A stretch of 64,000 nucleotides of DNA from Agathobacter sp. (GCA_045123895.1 JBGVKW010000059.1:3360-67359), one strand, 5' to 3'; shown: positions 8,385 to 18,086, counted from the stretch's first letter. Numbers and translations are program-made. The notes: generated by a model not told the origin, from the letters alone.

Positions 8385-9493
8385 TTTTGTCGTGTGGTAC
8401 TGGTGGAGGACATAATGCAGCAGGAAGAGCTGTTGCAGAAGAACTAAAACGAAGAGGACATCATGTGAATATGATGGATCCTTACGAGTTGTCCAGCAGA
8501 AAACTGGCGGATATGATTGGTAACGTTTATATACGGATTGCCCAACGAACCCCTGCTTTGTTTGGATTCATTTATTTGTTGGGAGAAGGATATCGAAGAC
8601 TTCCATTTCGGTCACCTGTGTATTTTGTTAATAAAAAAATGACAGAATTAATGGAACAGTATTTAAGGGAACATCCGGTAGACTTTATTATTATGCCACA
8701 TTTATTTCCTGCTGAAATCATCACCAATATGAAAAAACACGGAATGAAGGTGCCGAAAACTATCTTTATTGCCACGGACTATACCTGCATTCCATTTACA
8801 GAGGAAACGGAATGTGATTATTATGTGATTCCGCATCGACAATTAAAGGATGAGTTTGTAAATCGAGGAATTTCAGAAAAGAAATTGTTGTATTTTGGAA
8901 TTCCTACTAGTGCTGCATTTTGGAAAGAGATTTCGAAAGAGGAAGCAAAGAGGAGACTGGGACTATCTTTAGAGAAACATTACATTCTGATTTCAGGTGG
9001 AAGTATTGGAGCCGGAAGTCTGGAAAAAGCGATTAATCTGGTATGTAAATATCTGAAAGAACAACAGGACACAGAATGTATTGTAATTTGTGGAAATAAC
9101 AAGTATTTATACACGAAGCTAACAAAGAAGAGAAAGAATTATCCTCAGATGCACCTGATTGGTAATACGAAACAGATGGCATTGTATATGAAAGCCAGTG
9201 ATGTGTTTCTTTCAAAACCGGGAGGTTTGTCGTCTACAGAGGCTGCTGTAGCAGGAGTACCATTGATTCACATATCACCAATTCCCGGCTGTGAAACACA
9301 TAACCGAAGATTTTTTCAAACCAGACATATGTGTATTGCCGTAAATAATATGCAAAAGCGCCTAATTAGAGCTATTGAATATATCAGGAGCAGGGAGGTT
9401 TCTTCAAAAATACGAAAGGCACAGTGGACTTATGTAAATAGAAATGCCAGTGGGGATTTGTGTGATTGGATTGAAAGAGAATATGTAAAATAA
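8372..9493 (+). CDS. MGDG synthase/UgtP-like glycosyltransferase (GT28)
   Basis: GGGHNAA, TDY, GIP, SKPGGLSSTEA, PIPGCE..N; overlaps plsY stop. Confidence 0.85.
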   Translation: METLILSCGTGGGHNAAGRAVAEELKRRGHHVNMMDPYELSSRKLADMIGNVYIRIAQRTPALFGFIYLLGEGYRRLPFRSPVYFVNKKMTELMEQYLREHPVDFIIMPHLFPAEIITNMKKHGMKVPKTIFIATDYTCIPFTEETECDYYVIPHRQLKDEFVNRGISEKKLLYFGIPTSAAFWKEISKEEAKRRLGLSLEKHYILISGGSIGAGSLEKAINLVCKYLKEQQDTECIVICGNNKYLYTKLTKKRKNYPQMHLIGNTKQMALYMKASDVFLSKPGGLSSTEAAVAGVPLIHISPIPGCETHNRRFFQTRHMCIAVNNMQKRLIRAIEYIRSREVSSKIRKAQWTYVNRNASGDLCDWIEREYVK

Positions 9494-9508
9494 AAAGGAT
9501 TAATTTCT

Positions 9509-9550
9509 ATACCGCCTTATAAACAATATGGGTTAAGGCGGTATTTTTTT
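9509..9550 (+). terminator. Intrinsic terminator
   Basis: ATACCGCCTTA/TAAGGCGGTAT stem followed by T run. Confidence 0.8.
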
Positions 9551-9639
9551 GCCACAAAAACAATAATTTTCTTTTTTTGAAACTATTTGTAAATATTCGC
9601 GGTCCTAGTAAGTGTAACAAGAAAAAGGAGGACAAGAAT

Positions 9640-10059
9640 ATGTTAATGGAAAATTATGGAAGACAAGGAGTAGGAGTAGAGGAAACAATTGCAAGAGGTA
9701 CTATGACCGGGGCAACACGTGTTGCGGAATATGAAGTAAATAAGCATAGACTTATGGTAAAGCTTAGCATTTTACTTACAACATCTTTTATTTTCACAGT
9801 TCTCGGATTAGTGGGACAGTTGGAAATAGGAGAAGCGTTGCAACTTGGACTGATGGGAGGAATGTTTTTTTATATTGGTAGTAGAATCAGAAACACAATT
9901 GGAATTGGATGGTTATTCAGTATAATTATTTCAATTGTATATATTGGAATTTCAGTTTATCTTCTTGATACATTTGTTATACTAGGTATTATTGCCGTAT
10001 TTCTTCCAGTTATTGATATCGGATTCAGTGCATTTAAGGTAATAAAGAATAGACCATAG
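9640..10059 (+). CDS. Hypothetical membrane protein (about 4 TM)
   Basis: AAGGAGG RBS before ATG 9640, within ORF 9577-10059; hydrophobic segments. Confidence 0.6.
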   Translation: MLMENYGRQGVGVEETIARGTMTGATRVAEYEVNKHRLMVKLSILLTTSFIFTVLGLVGQLEIGEALQLGLMGGMFFYIGSRIRNTIGIGWLFSIIISIVYIGISVYLLDTFVILGIIAVFLPVIDIGFSAFKVIKNRP

Positions 10060-10289
10060 GGATAGATTATGGAAGAAAACAAAAAAGAAAGAATTGATCC
10101 ATGCCAATTTATGAATAAAAAAGGAAAACTATATTTTGGAATAAATATAGGGAAAAAGTTTTTCATTAAGATAAATAGAAAATGGTTGGAAATAAATAAA
10201 GATGGCAACAATTTTTATGTAAAAGAATGACAGCTATCATAAAATCTAGTATATACAATAGTAGGGGAAAAATTTTAGGAGTGAAAATT

Positions 10290-11696
10290 ATGGGAATAAA
10301 TTATTCTGAAGAACAACTTAATTTATATTCGAGATTGGCACAATTGACCGAAGAGTATAAAAGGGGAAAAGAAGAAGCATTTTCAGAGATGTATGAATTG
10401 ATGCTGCCTCATGTGAATATGATGGTAAAATCAAGAGGTGTACCAGAATCTGATGTGGCTGATATCGTGTCAGATGCAATGGTTAAGGTATACAAAGGAA
10501 TAAACACAATCAAAGATTCACAAGCCACTTATAAATGGATTATGAAGGTGACTTCGAATTTGGTAAGCGATTATTTTAAAAAGAGTGAATACAAGGAAGT
10601 TTTCGTGGGGGATATTGTGGGAAACGACAATACCTCAGAGGAAGAGATTTACAAAAAATCGCATAAAGATGGTGCATTTACGCTGGTTGTACCAGAAGAT
10701 ATTTTAGTTAACAAAGAACGTCAGAAGATATTGTTTCAAATGGTAGAGGAGCTAAAGCCAGATCAGAAGCAGATACTTATGATGCATTGTTTTGACGAAA
10801 AGACTTTTAAAGAAATTGCCGTTAATATGGGAATGTCAGAAAACAGTGTTAAGACAAAGTTTTATAGAACGCTGAATAAGCTTGAATCTTCCATTCTTGA
10901 TATGGAGAAAAACGAGGGCATCAGACTTCATTCTATTGGACTTGTACCAGTTATTTTTTCGATATATGTATATGTGTCATCTACAAGTGCAGTGCCAACA
11001 AGTGTTTCGGGCAAGGCTGCACTTGCAGTAAGTGAAGTACAAAAACTCTCTTCAGGAAAGTCGATTATAACAGGAGCAAAAGCACAAGCAGGAGGGGCGG
11101 CAGCTGTGGGCACCAAGGCGGCAGCAGCTGTTTCAGGCAAAGTAATTGCTGCAATTGTTGCGGGGGTTGTTGGAGTAGGGACAATTGCCGGAGTAACAAT
11201 TACATATTTTCATAATGAGAATGCAGAAGAAGTGGTAAAAGAAGTTGAGACAGAATCAGAAATAGAATCAGAAGAAACGGAATCATTAAATGATGGATCA
11301 GAAATCACAGATTCTGAAGAGTCAAATGAAGATTCAGCCATAATACTTGCTGATGGAGAATATAGCTCAGACTGTTCTGGTGATGAACAAAAAACGGGTC
11401 CATCAACTTATTCAAATTGCAAGGCAACGTTTAAAAATGCTTATATTAAAGATGGCAATTTAATTCTTGAAGGTCGTCTGGTATACAATAGTGATGAAGT
11501 ATTTGAATATGCTACGTATACTGTGCCTGTATCAGAAAGCTGCAATTTTGAATGGGCTATAAATTCTTCATATTTTGGACCAGATGATGAAATTGAGAAA
11601 TTCAACTATTGGTTTGAAGATAGTGATGGGGTGGGATTCGGAGTCATGTTAACGATAAAAGATGGTAAGCTGGTATCTGTTTATTACGGGGTATAA
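10290..11696 (+). CDS. ECF-type sigma-70 factor fused to a TM helix and an acidic extracellular domain
   Basis: Region 2 (DIVSDAMVKVY, YKWIMKVTSNLVSDYFKK), region 4 (LKPDQKQILMMH...FKEIA...SVKTKFYR), Ala/Gly-rich TM VIAAIVAGVVGVGTIAGVTITY, Glu/Ser-rich linker; GGAG RBS before ATG 10290 (ORF track starts 10227). Confidence 0.8.
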   Translation: MGINYSEEQLNLYSRLAQLTEEYKRGKEEAFSEMYELMLPHVNMMVKSRGVPESDVADIVSDAMVKVYKGINTIKDSQATYKWIMKVTSNLVSDYFKKSEYKEVFVGDIVGNDNTSEEEIYKKSHKDGAFTLVVPEDILVNKERQKILFQMVEELKPDQKQILMMHCFDEKTFKEIAVNMGMSENSVKTKFYRTLNKLESSILDMEKNEGIRLHSIGLVPVIFSIYVYVSSTSAVPTSVSGKAALAVSEVQKLSSGKSIITGAKAQAGGAAAVGTKAAAAVSGKVIAAIVAGVVGVGTIAGVTITYFHNENAEEVVKEVETESEIESEETESLNDGSEITDSEESNEDSAIILADGEYSSDCSGDEQKTGPSTYSNCKATFKNAYIKDGNLILEGRLVYNSDEVFEYATYTVPVSESCNFEWAINSSYFGPDDEIEKFNYWFEDSDGVGFGVMLTIKDGKLVSVYYGV

Positions 11697-11797
11697 TATT
11701 CTAGAGAGCAAAGTAGCATAGGACAAAAATAAAATGGACTAAATAAAAAACACGTGGTAATATAGTACTATAAATATTGGGGTATAGGGCTATAATT

Positions 11798-13489
11798 ATG
11801 AGAGTTTACTATTTTATTTCAGCAATGCTAGCAATGGTGAATCTTGCAGTTTTCATTTTGCACGAAGATGAGAAGAAATCGCACTATTATACCAGATTGC
11901 TTCTTACAATAATGAGCTTAGCCAATTTAGGATATCTTGCTTTGGGGGTAAGTAATTCTTTGGAGGAAGCTATTCTGGCCAATAAAATTACATATATTGG
12001 AGGTTGTTTTCTTCCTCCTGTTCTAGCAGCATGTATTTGTTCATTATGCAATATTAAAATTCATCGGATGATAAGGTTTGGCGGTATTTTGTTTTCGTCC
12101 ATAGTATATGGATTAGTTTTACTAACAGGATATACTGATATTTATTATTCGGACATAAAGTTAGGAAAAGTATATGATGCATCGGCATTAGTTGTTGAGC
12201 GAGGTGTATTATATAAGCTTTTTTATGTGATTCTGTATGGTTATATGATTGTGAATGTTGCAATTCTTGGTTTTACTTTTGTGAAAAAGCAGGTTACAAG
12301 GAAGCACTTATATTTGTTAATTATTATGCAAATTATTACCAGCGTTTCATTTTTGGTTGGAAGACTTGTGGCGCCTACTTTTGAAGTATTACCAGCTGTT
12401 TACGTTATAAATGGTTGTATTCTGGTTATAATTCAGTCTCGGTTATCAAAGTATAATTTATCGGATAGTATATATGAAGCAATGCAACAAACAAATACAT
12501 CAGGATATATTGTACTTGATGTGGACAAAAATTTTATTAGTTGTAATGATATTGCAAAAGAATGTATTCCAGAATTAGCAAAATGCCAAGTTGATACAAC
12601 CATAGAAAATGAAGAAGCATTGAGTTTTTTATATGAATGGATTTCAAAAATACAGGAAAATGATTATAAACAGTTCACAAAAACTTTAGAGTACAATGAG
12701 CGTTACTATGAGTGCACCATGAAGATATTGGTGAATAGAAAAAAAATTGGTGGTTACATAGTTGAAATGCAGGATTGTACTGATAGGAAAAAGTATTATG
12801 ACCTTCTTGCCAATTATAATTCGCAGCTGGAGAAACAGGTTAAGGACCAGATTAAGCACATTAGTGATATTCAGCAGAAAACTATACTTGGAATGGCGAG
12901 TATGGTTGAAAATAGAGACAATAATACTGGTGGCCATATAAAAAGAACAAGTGATGTTGTAGAAATTTTTGTTGAAACAATAAAAGATAATAATCTGCTG
13001 TCATTAACTGATGAATTTTGCAAAGACTTAGTAAAAGCGGCTCCAATGCATGATTTGGGAAAAATAGCTATAAACGACAGTATTTTACAAAAGCCTGGTC
13101 GTTTTACAGATGAAGAATTTGCAATCATGAAAACTCATGCAGAAAAAAGTGCAAAGATAATAGAAAATATTTTGCGAGGAATAGAAGAAGATCATTTTGT
13201 AGACATTGCAGAGAATGTTGCAAAATATCATCATGAGAAATGGAATGGTCAGGGATATCCTATGGGCTTATCAGGTGAGCAAATCCCGCTAGAAGCAAGA
13301 ATAATGGCAATTGCTGATGTATATGATGCATTGGTAAGTAAGCGGTGCTATAAAGAAGCAATGAGTTTTTCAAAAGCTTATGATATCATTATTGAATCAA
13401 TGGGAAGTCATTTTGATCCTGGCCTGGAAAAAATGTTTAAACTAAGTGTAGGAAGATTAGAAGAATATTACAAAAATGTTGAGAGATAG
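11798..13489 (+). CDS. HD-GYP c-di-GMP phosphodiesterase with N-terminal 7TM (HisKA_7TM-like) sensor and PAS-like linker
   Basis: HDLGK, HHEKWNGQGYP, EARIMAIADVYDAL; multi-TM N-terminus; start chosen at ATG 11798 (track: 11777). Confidence 0.85.
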   Translation: MRVYYFISAMLAMVNLAVFILHEDEKKSHYYTRLLLTIMSLANLGYLALGVSNSLEEAILANKITYIGGCFLPPVLAACICSLCNIKIHRMIRFGGILFSSIVYGLVLLTGYTDIYYSDIKLGKVYDASALVVERGVLYKLFYVILYGYMIVNVAILGFTFVKKQVTRKHLYLLIIMQIITSVSFLVGRLVAPTFEVLPAVYVINGCILVIIQSRLSKYNLSDSIYEAMQQTNTSGYIVLDVDKNFISCNDIAKECIPELAKCQVDTTIENEEALSFLYEWISKIQENDYKQFTKTLEYNERYYECTMKILVNRKKIGGYIVEMQDCTDRKKYYDLLANYNSQLEKQVKDQIKHISDIQQKTILGMASMVENRDNNTGGHIKRTSDVVEIFVETIKDNNLLSLTDEFCKDLVKAAPMHDLGKIAINDSILQKPGRFTDEEFAIMKTHAEKSAKIIENILRGIEEDHFVDIAENVAKYHHEKWNGQGYPMGLSGEQIPLEARIMAIADVYDALVSKRCYKEAMSFSKAYDIIIESMGSHFDPGLEKMFKLSVGRLEEYYKNVER

Positions 13490-13497
13490 AGAATCTC

Positions 13498-13543
13498 AAA
13501 TACTGCCTCTTGCCTAATTTTAGGTTTGAGGCGGTATTTTTTT
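13498..13543 (+). terminator. Intrinsic terminator
   Basis: AAATACTGCCTC/GAGGCGGTATTT stem plus T run; sequence resembles the 9509 terminator. Confidence 0.75.
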
Positions 13544-13611
13544 GCCTCTAGAGATGAGAAAATGCTTCAAAAAAATTTGAAAATTCATAATTCTATATAT
13601 TCAGTGCTATA

Positions 13612-13676
13612 TTGACATATATATCGTACTGCGATATAATAATGATATCGAAGTGCGATATATCGTAGTGTAATAT
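13612..13676 (+). promoter_or_regulatory. SigA promoter with repeated palindromic operators (likely PadR autorepression)
   Basis: TTGACA 13612-17, 17 bp, TATAAT 13635-40; ATATCG-N5-CGATAT-type palindromes at 13621-37, 13645-61, 13660-76. Confidence 0.75.
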
Positions 13677-13690
13677 AGGGAGATGATAGA

Positions 13691-14005
13691 ATGGATGCTC
13701 ATATTAAGAAAGTATATGTTCCTATGACGGAAACGGGGTTTTATATCCTTTTATGTTTGCAGGAATCCAATCATGGATATGGTATTGTACAAAAAGTAAA
13801 AGAACTTACCAATGGTGAAATTGTTCTTGCTCCGGGAACCATGTATGGTAGTCTTTCCAAAATGGAAAAGGATGGTTTGATTTGTTTTCAACGAGAGGAA
13901 GACAAGAGAAAAATATATCTTATAACTGATCTTGGGAAAGAGGTTCTTGAGATAGAGATGAAAAGAATTGACAGACTTTATCGAAATATGAAGGAGATGA
14001 GATAA
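13691..14005 (+). CDS. PadR family transcriptional regulator
   Basis: HGYGIVQ, GTMYGSLSKMEKDG, RKIYLITDLG. Confidence 0.9.
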   Translation: MDAHIKKVYVPMTETGFYILLCLQESNHGYGIVQKVKELTNGEIVLAPGTMYGSLSKMEKDGLICFQREEDKRKIYLITDLGKEVLEIEMKRIDRLYRNMKEMR

Positions 14006-14952
14006 TGGGAAATACAAAGAGAGAATTTAAATTGTTTTCTATTACGCAATACAAGCAGGAAGAAGAGTATCTAAGTTTGATGCATAGAAAGGGGTGGAAG
14101 TTTACTAAAGTTGTTTTTCCAGGATTTTATTATTTTGAAAAATGTCAACCTGAAAATGTTACATATCGACTGGATTATAACAAGGACGGTGTTGCAAACA
14201 AATCAGAATATGTACAGTTGTTTAGTGATTGTGGATGGGAATACTTATTTGATTTTACGGGATATAGTTACTTCCGCAAGGTAGTCGAAGCAGCCAATGA
14301 AGATGAAGATATCTTTTGCGATGATGAATCTAGGTTAGATATGATGAAACGTGTATATAAGGGTAGAATCGTTCCACTTATAATCATTTTCTTCTGCATT
14401 ATTCTTCCTCAGTTCATAATGAATATATTTGGACATGGTAGCAGACAGATTGTGCAGGATATTTTTTCAGTAGGATTTCTTGTTTTAGGTGTTTTTTATT
14501 TATGTATATTTTGTTTTTTTACAATACAGTTTCATAAGTATGAGAAGAGTCTTCATCCAGAGGATGGAAGTATGAAATGGAGATTTATCGGTATTTACTC
14601 GCTGCTCATAATATGTGCGTTGGGTTTTGGTGGTGCTGCATATTACAGATTTTCTTCTGATTATGAAATAATTGATAATGAAAAAGGATTCATCCTTCAA
14701 ACAGAGAGATTAAATAAAACAGTTGTAAAAGAACTCAATTTGAAGAAAGGTGATGTAGTTGAGGTTATTCATGAAGCAGAAAATGGAAGTTGGGATATCA
14801 GCATAGAAAAGGGTGATGAAGACCCTGTTTTCTTTGGAAATACCTATGATGAATTTGAACGATTTTCTGTTGAGATTCAGGAGGATGGAACTTACAAAAT
14901 CACATGCAAGGGGAAAAATGCAAAGGGAAATATTGAGTTTATTGTAAAATAG
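14005..14952 (+). CDS. DUF2812 membrane protein with C-terminal beta-rich extension
   Basis: EEEYLSLMHRKGW, YRLDY, Y..LFSDCGWEY; coupled to padR. Confidence 0.8.
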   Translation: MGNTKREFKLFSITQYKQEEEYLSLMHRKGWKFTKVVFPGFYYFEKCQPENVTYRLDYNKDGVANKSEYVQLFSDCGWEYLFDFTGYSYFRKVVEAANEDEDIFCDDESRLDMMKRVYKGRIVPLIIIFFCIILPQFIMNIFGHGSRQIVQDIFSVGFLVLGVFYLCIFCFFTIQFHKYEKSLHPEDGSMKWRFIGIYSLLIICALGFGGAAYYRFSSDYEIIDNEKGFILQTERLNKTVVKELNLKKGDVVEVIHEAENGSWDISIEKGDEDPVFFGNTYDEFERFSVEIQEDGTYKITCKGKNAKGNIEFIVK

Positions 14953-14975
14953 GAAAGATTAAAATGGTGAGTAGT

Positions 14976-15125
14976 ATGGGAAAAACAGAGACAGCATTGA
15001 ATTATTTTGATGAAAAATTTCACTGTTCACAGGCTGTATTAGCGGCATATGCAAGTGAACTTGGACTGACAGAGGAACAGGCATTAGAGATAGATACTTG
15101 GGTGCGACTTACAGAATTAGTGTAA
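14976..15125 (+). pseudogene. Truncated C-GCAxxG-C-C family redox protein remnant
   Basis: MGKTETALNYFDEKFHCSQAVLAAYASELGLTEEQALEI then diverges and stops before the GCAxxG motif. Confidence 0.55.
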
Positions 15126-15158
15126 TGCGAAGTAGGAATATGAAGCAAATAATTAAGG

Positions 15159-15641
15159 ATGAGGAAGAGGCTTATGAGAAGAAGTGACAGAGAAATTACA
15201 GACCCTAAAAAAATAGAAGAATTTGTGGCTGGCGAACAGATACTTAGGATTGCATTTTATGATGAGGGTGATATTTACATTGTTCCTGTTAATTATGGAT
15301 ATTTATATAAAAATGATAAATATTCATTTTACTTTCACGGTGCAAAAGCAGGAAGAAAATATGAACTTAGTAAAGGAAAACCCGTGGTTGGATTTGAGAT
15401 AGACGGAAAATATAAACTGTTAGAAAATGAAAATGCTTGTGATTATTCCGCAACATTTCAAAGCGTGATAGGTACAGGCACGTTACAGATTGTATACAAT
15501 ATTGAAGAAAAGAAACTTGGACTCAATACTTTGATGAAGCAAATATCACAACATTCAGACTGGAGTTATGATGATAAAATGCTTGAAGCAGTTGCAGTGT
15601 TTAAATTGGATGTCAAAAAAATAGCATGCAAAGCAAAATAA
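15159..15641 (+). CDS. Pyridoxamine 5'-phosphate oxidase-like flavin-binding protein (NimA/NimC-like)
   Basis: MRRSDREI, PVNYGY, YFHGAKAGRK, FQSVIGTG. Confidence 0.8.
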   Translation: MRKRLMRRSDREITDPKKIEEFVAGEQILRIAFYDEGDIYIVPVNYGYLYKNDKYSFYFHGAKAGRKYELSKGKPVVGFEIDGKYKLLENENACDYSATFQSVIGTGTLQIVYNIEEKKLGLNTLMKQISQHSDWSYDDKMLEAVAVFKLDVKKIACKAK

Positions 15642-15729
15642 ATGTAAAAAAAGAAAAGTAATTTACGAGTTAATTGATGACTGGTAATATATAATAAAAA
15701 AGTTTATATAAATTTTGGAGGAAATAATT

Positions 15730-16071
15730 ATGCCATTTATTGATTCAAAAATTGCAGGAACAGTATCATCAGAAAAGAAGGAAGCTATAAAAACAAGACT
15801 TGGGCAGACTATTTCAATTCTTAATAAGTCAGAGACATATCTAATGGTAGGATTTGAGGATAATTACGATTTGTTTATGGCTGGACAAAAACTTGAAAAG
15901 GGTGCATATGTTTCTGTAAGCCTTTTTGGAAATGCTTCATCTGATGCATATGATAAGATGACTGCAAAAATATGCGAGATTCTTGCGGATGAACTTTCTA
16001 TTCCAGGAGATAAAGTATATGTAACGTATCATGGTGTAAATGATTGGGGATGGAATGGAAGTAACTTCTAA
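15730..16071 (+). CDS. MIF/tautomerase-related protein
   Basis: N-terminal Pro (MPFID), VYVTY, WGWNGSNF end; GGAGG RBS. Confidence 0.85.
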   Translation: MPFIDSKIAGTVSSEKKEAIKTRLGQTISILNKSETYLMVGFEDNYDLFMAGQKLEKGAYVSVSLFGNASSDAYDKMTAKICEILADELSIPGDKVYVTYHGVNDWGWNGSNF

Positions 16072-16088
16072 ATTTTAGTGAGGGAAAA

Positions 16089-16877
16089 ATGGAGAGAAAA
16101 ATAGTATTAAAGCAAGATGTAAAAGACGCATTTGAAAAAGTTGGGGTAAAAAATGGCCAGTCAATAATGGTACATACATCGTTAAAAAGCTTAGGTTTTG
16201 TATGTGGAGGGGCTCAGATAATTATAGAAGCCTTGCTTGAAGGAGTTGGTGAGAATGGAACGATAATGATGCCTACTCAATCATGGAAGAATCTTGACCC
16301 AAAAGCTGGTGTTCACTGGGAGGAGCCGCAGGAATGGTGGCAGCTTATCAGAGATAACTGGCCAGCATATGACAAGGATATTACCCCAACAAATACAATG
16401 GGTGCAGTGGCAGAAATGTTTAGAAACTGGCCTGGTTCACTTAGAAGTAATCATCCAGCAAGGTCAGTGGCAGCATGGGGAAAAAACGCAAAGTATCTTA
16501 CACAGAATCATGACCTGTCCAATATTTTCGGTGAAGGCTCACCAATTGCGAAACTGTACGAGCTGGATGGATATGTATTACTAATTGGAGTCGATTACGA
16601 CAAGAATACATCAATTCATCTAGCTGATGTTCGTGCAGATTATCCAGGAAAGCACATGTCGGAAGAAAGTAGTGCTATTATGGAGAATGGAAAGCGTGTG
16701 TGGAAGACGTATGAGACACTTTTTGTAGATGGTGAAGATTTTATAGACATAGGAAAAGCTTTTGAACTTGAATGTGAGGTTAAGAAGGCCTCATTGGGAA
16801 ATGGTACGATTACTATGATGAGACAAAGAGATATTGTTGATTTTGCAGTAAAATGGATAGAAGCGAATAGAAAATAA
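16089..16877 (+). CDS. AAC(3)/YokD family N-acetyltransferase
   Basis: IMVHTSLKSLG, TIMMPTQS, RSNHPARSVAAWG, LLIGVDYDKNTSIHLA. Confidence 0.9.
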   Translation: MERKIVLKQDVKDAFEKVGVKNGQSIMVHTSLKSLGFVCGGAQIIIEALLEGVGENGTIMMPTQSWKNLDPKAGVHWEEPQEWWQLIRDNWPAYDKDITPTNTMGAVAEMFRNWPGSLRSNHPARSVAAWGKNAKYLTQNHDLSNIFGEGSPIAKLYELDGYVLLIGVDYDKNTSIHLADVRADYPGKHMSEESSAIMENGKRVWKTYETLFVDGEDFIDIGKAFELECEVKKASLGNGTITMMRQRDIVDFAVKWIEANRK

Positions 16878-16913
16878 ATTTGTTATCTTCTTGAAAAGGA
16901 AAGGAGATAAATC

Positions 16914-17207
16914 ATGAAAGCTAAAATTGTAAATTCAAAAATCCAGTCTGAACTTTCGATAGAGCGAACAAAAATGGCAAATAGGCGTACATTACTTGCA
17001 TATATACGAAGTACAGTAGGTTTGCTTGTTGCTGGTGCAGGTCTGATGAAATTCATTAATTCTTCAGTTTGGATTGTAATCGGAGTAGCATGTATTATTT
17101 TAGCTCCTATTACATTAGTTTTTGGGATATATGACTATTTTCGTATGAAAAAACTTATTCAGTTGGAAAATGATTTTCTAGAGGATGAAATGGAAGATAT
17201 AAAATAG
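16914..17207 (+). CDS. DUF202 membrane protein
   Basis: ERTKMANRRTLLAYIRS plus two TM helices. Confidence 0.85.
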   Translation: MKAKIVNSKIQSELSIERTKMANRRTLLAYIRSTVGLLVAGAGLMKFINSSVWIVIGVACIILAPITLVFGIYDYFRMKKLIQLENDFLEDEMEDIK

Positions 17208-17227
17208 TAATTTAGGAAAATAGGATG

Positions 17228-17258
17228 TTGACTCTTACGTAACGTTATAGTTTATACT
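17228..17258 (+). promoter_or_regulatory. MerR-type promoter with 19-bp spacer
   Basis: TTGACT 17228-33, 19 bp containing palindromes TTACGTAA/TAACGTTA, TATACT 17253-58. Confidence 0.7.
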
Positions 17259-17262
17259 ATGT

Positions 17263-17580
17263 TTATTAAAACCTATTGAGTATACAAAGCGTGCAAAAGA
17301 GCAGTGGGGGAAGACTGCGGAGTATAAAGAATTCAAGGAGAAGGCGAAAAACTGGACGGATGATGATCAAGCAAAAATGACGAATGTTTTTATGAAGATT
17401 TTCGTTGAATTTGGTCAGATGAAAGAGATGCAGCCTTCTGATGAAAAAGTACAGATGCAGGTAAAGAAGTTGCAGGATTATATTTCGGAGCATTTTTACC
17501 AGTGTTCGAATGAGATATTGAGTGGACTAGGAAGCATGTATTCAAGCGGTGGAGATTTTACAAAGAACATTGATAATGCC
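17263..17580 (+). pseudogene. MerR/TipAS regulator remnant with deletions
   Basis: LLKPIEYT joined directly to KRAKEQWGKTAEYKEF...VKKLQDYISEHFYQCSNEILSGLGSMY...FTKNIDNA; no start codon; C-terminus missing. Confidence 0.7.
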
Positions 17581-18078
17581 TGTGAATACCAAAGATACGC
17601 CGGAATGGGGGAGCAGTGTCAGACCAAGATATTTCTGGACTGTATCCGGCATATGGGTAAACTTTGCTCCGGCTCTTGCACCAAAGTATTTTCCAAAAGT
17701 ACGGGCCGCAATATATACAAAAGTATACAGACCAGCTCCTAGAATTAGATGGTAATCTAAAGGGGCTCCAAGATCAACGATGGCAGCTAATAGGGCAACC
17801 AGAGAATTAACTGTAAAAAATACTGCAATACCTACAACATCATCCAATATGGTCATTGGAAGCAAGGTTTCTGTAACAGGGCCCTTGGCATGAAACTCTT
17901 TTACAATAGACAAAGCTGGTGCAGGTGCAGTTGCAAGGGCAATTCCGCCAAAAACAAATGCAAGGAAAATAGGTATTTTTGTAAAGTAAAAAACTATTCC
18001 AAAAGCAAGAGTAACAATTGCAAATGTTCCAAGAGACTGAGCCAGAGTAGTGATTATTGACCAATAAGTCAATATCAT
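17578..18078 (-). pseudogene. Cation:proton antiporter (Na+/H+ exchanger family) remnant, N-terminally, internally and C-terminally deleted
   Basis: IALATAPAPALSIVKEFHAKGPVT..LLPM..LDD fused to ARTFGKYFGA...LGLTLLPHSGVSLVFTG; under half the usual length for this family. Confidence 0.7.
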
Positions 18079-18086
18079 ACATATTG

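Noticed and set aside
15159-16877. Calling nim or aac(3) resistance genes by name
   Set aside because: Family motifs alone do not establish resistance; no gene symbol assigned.
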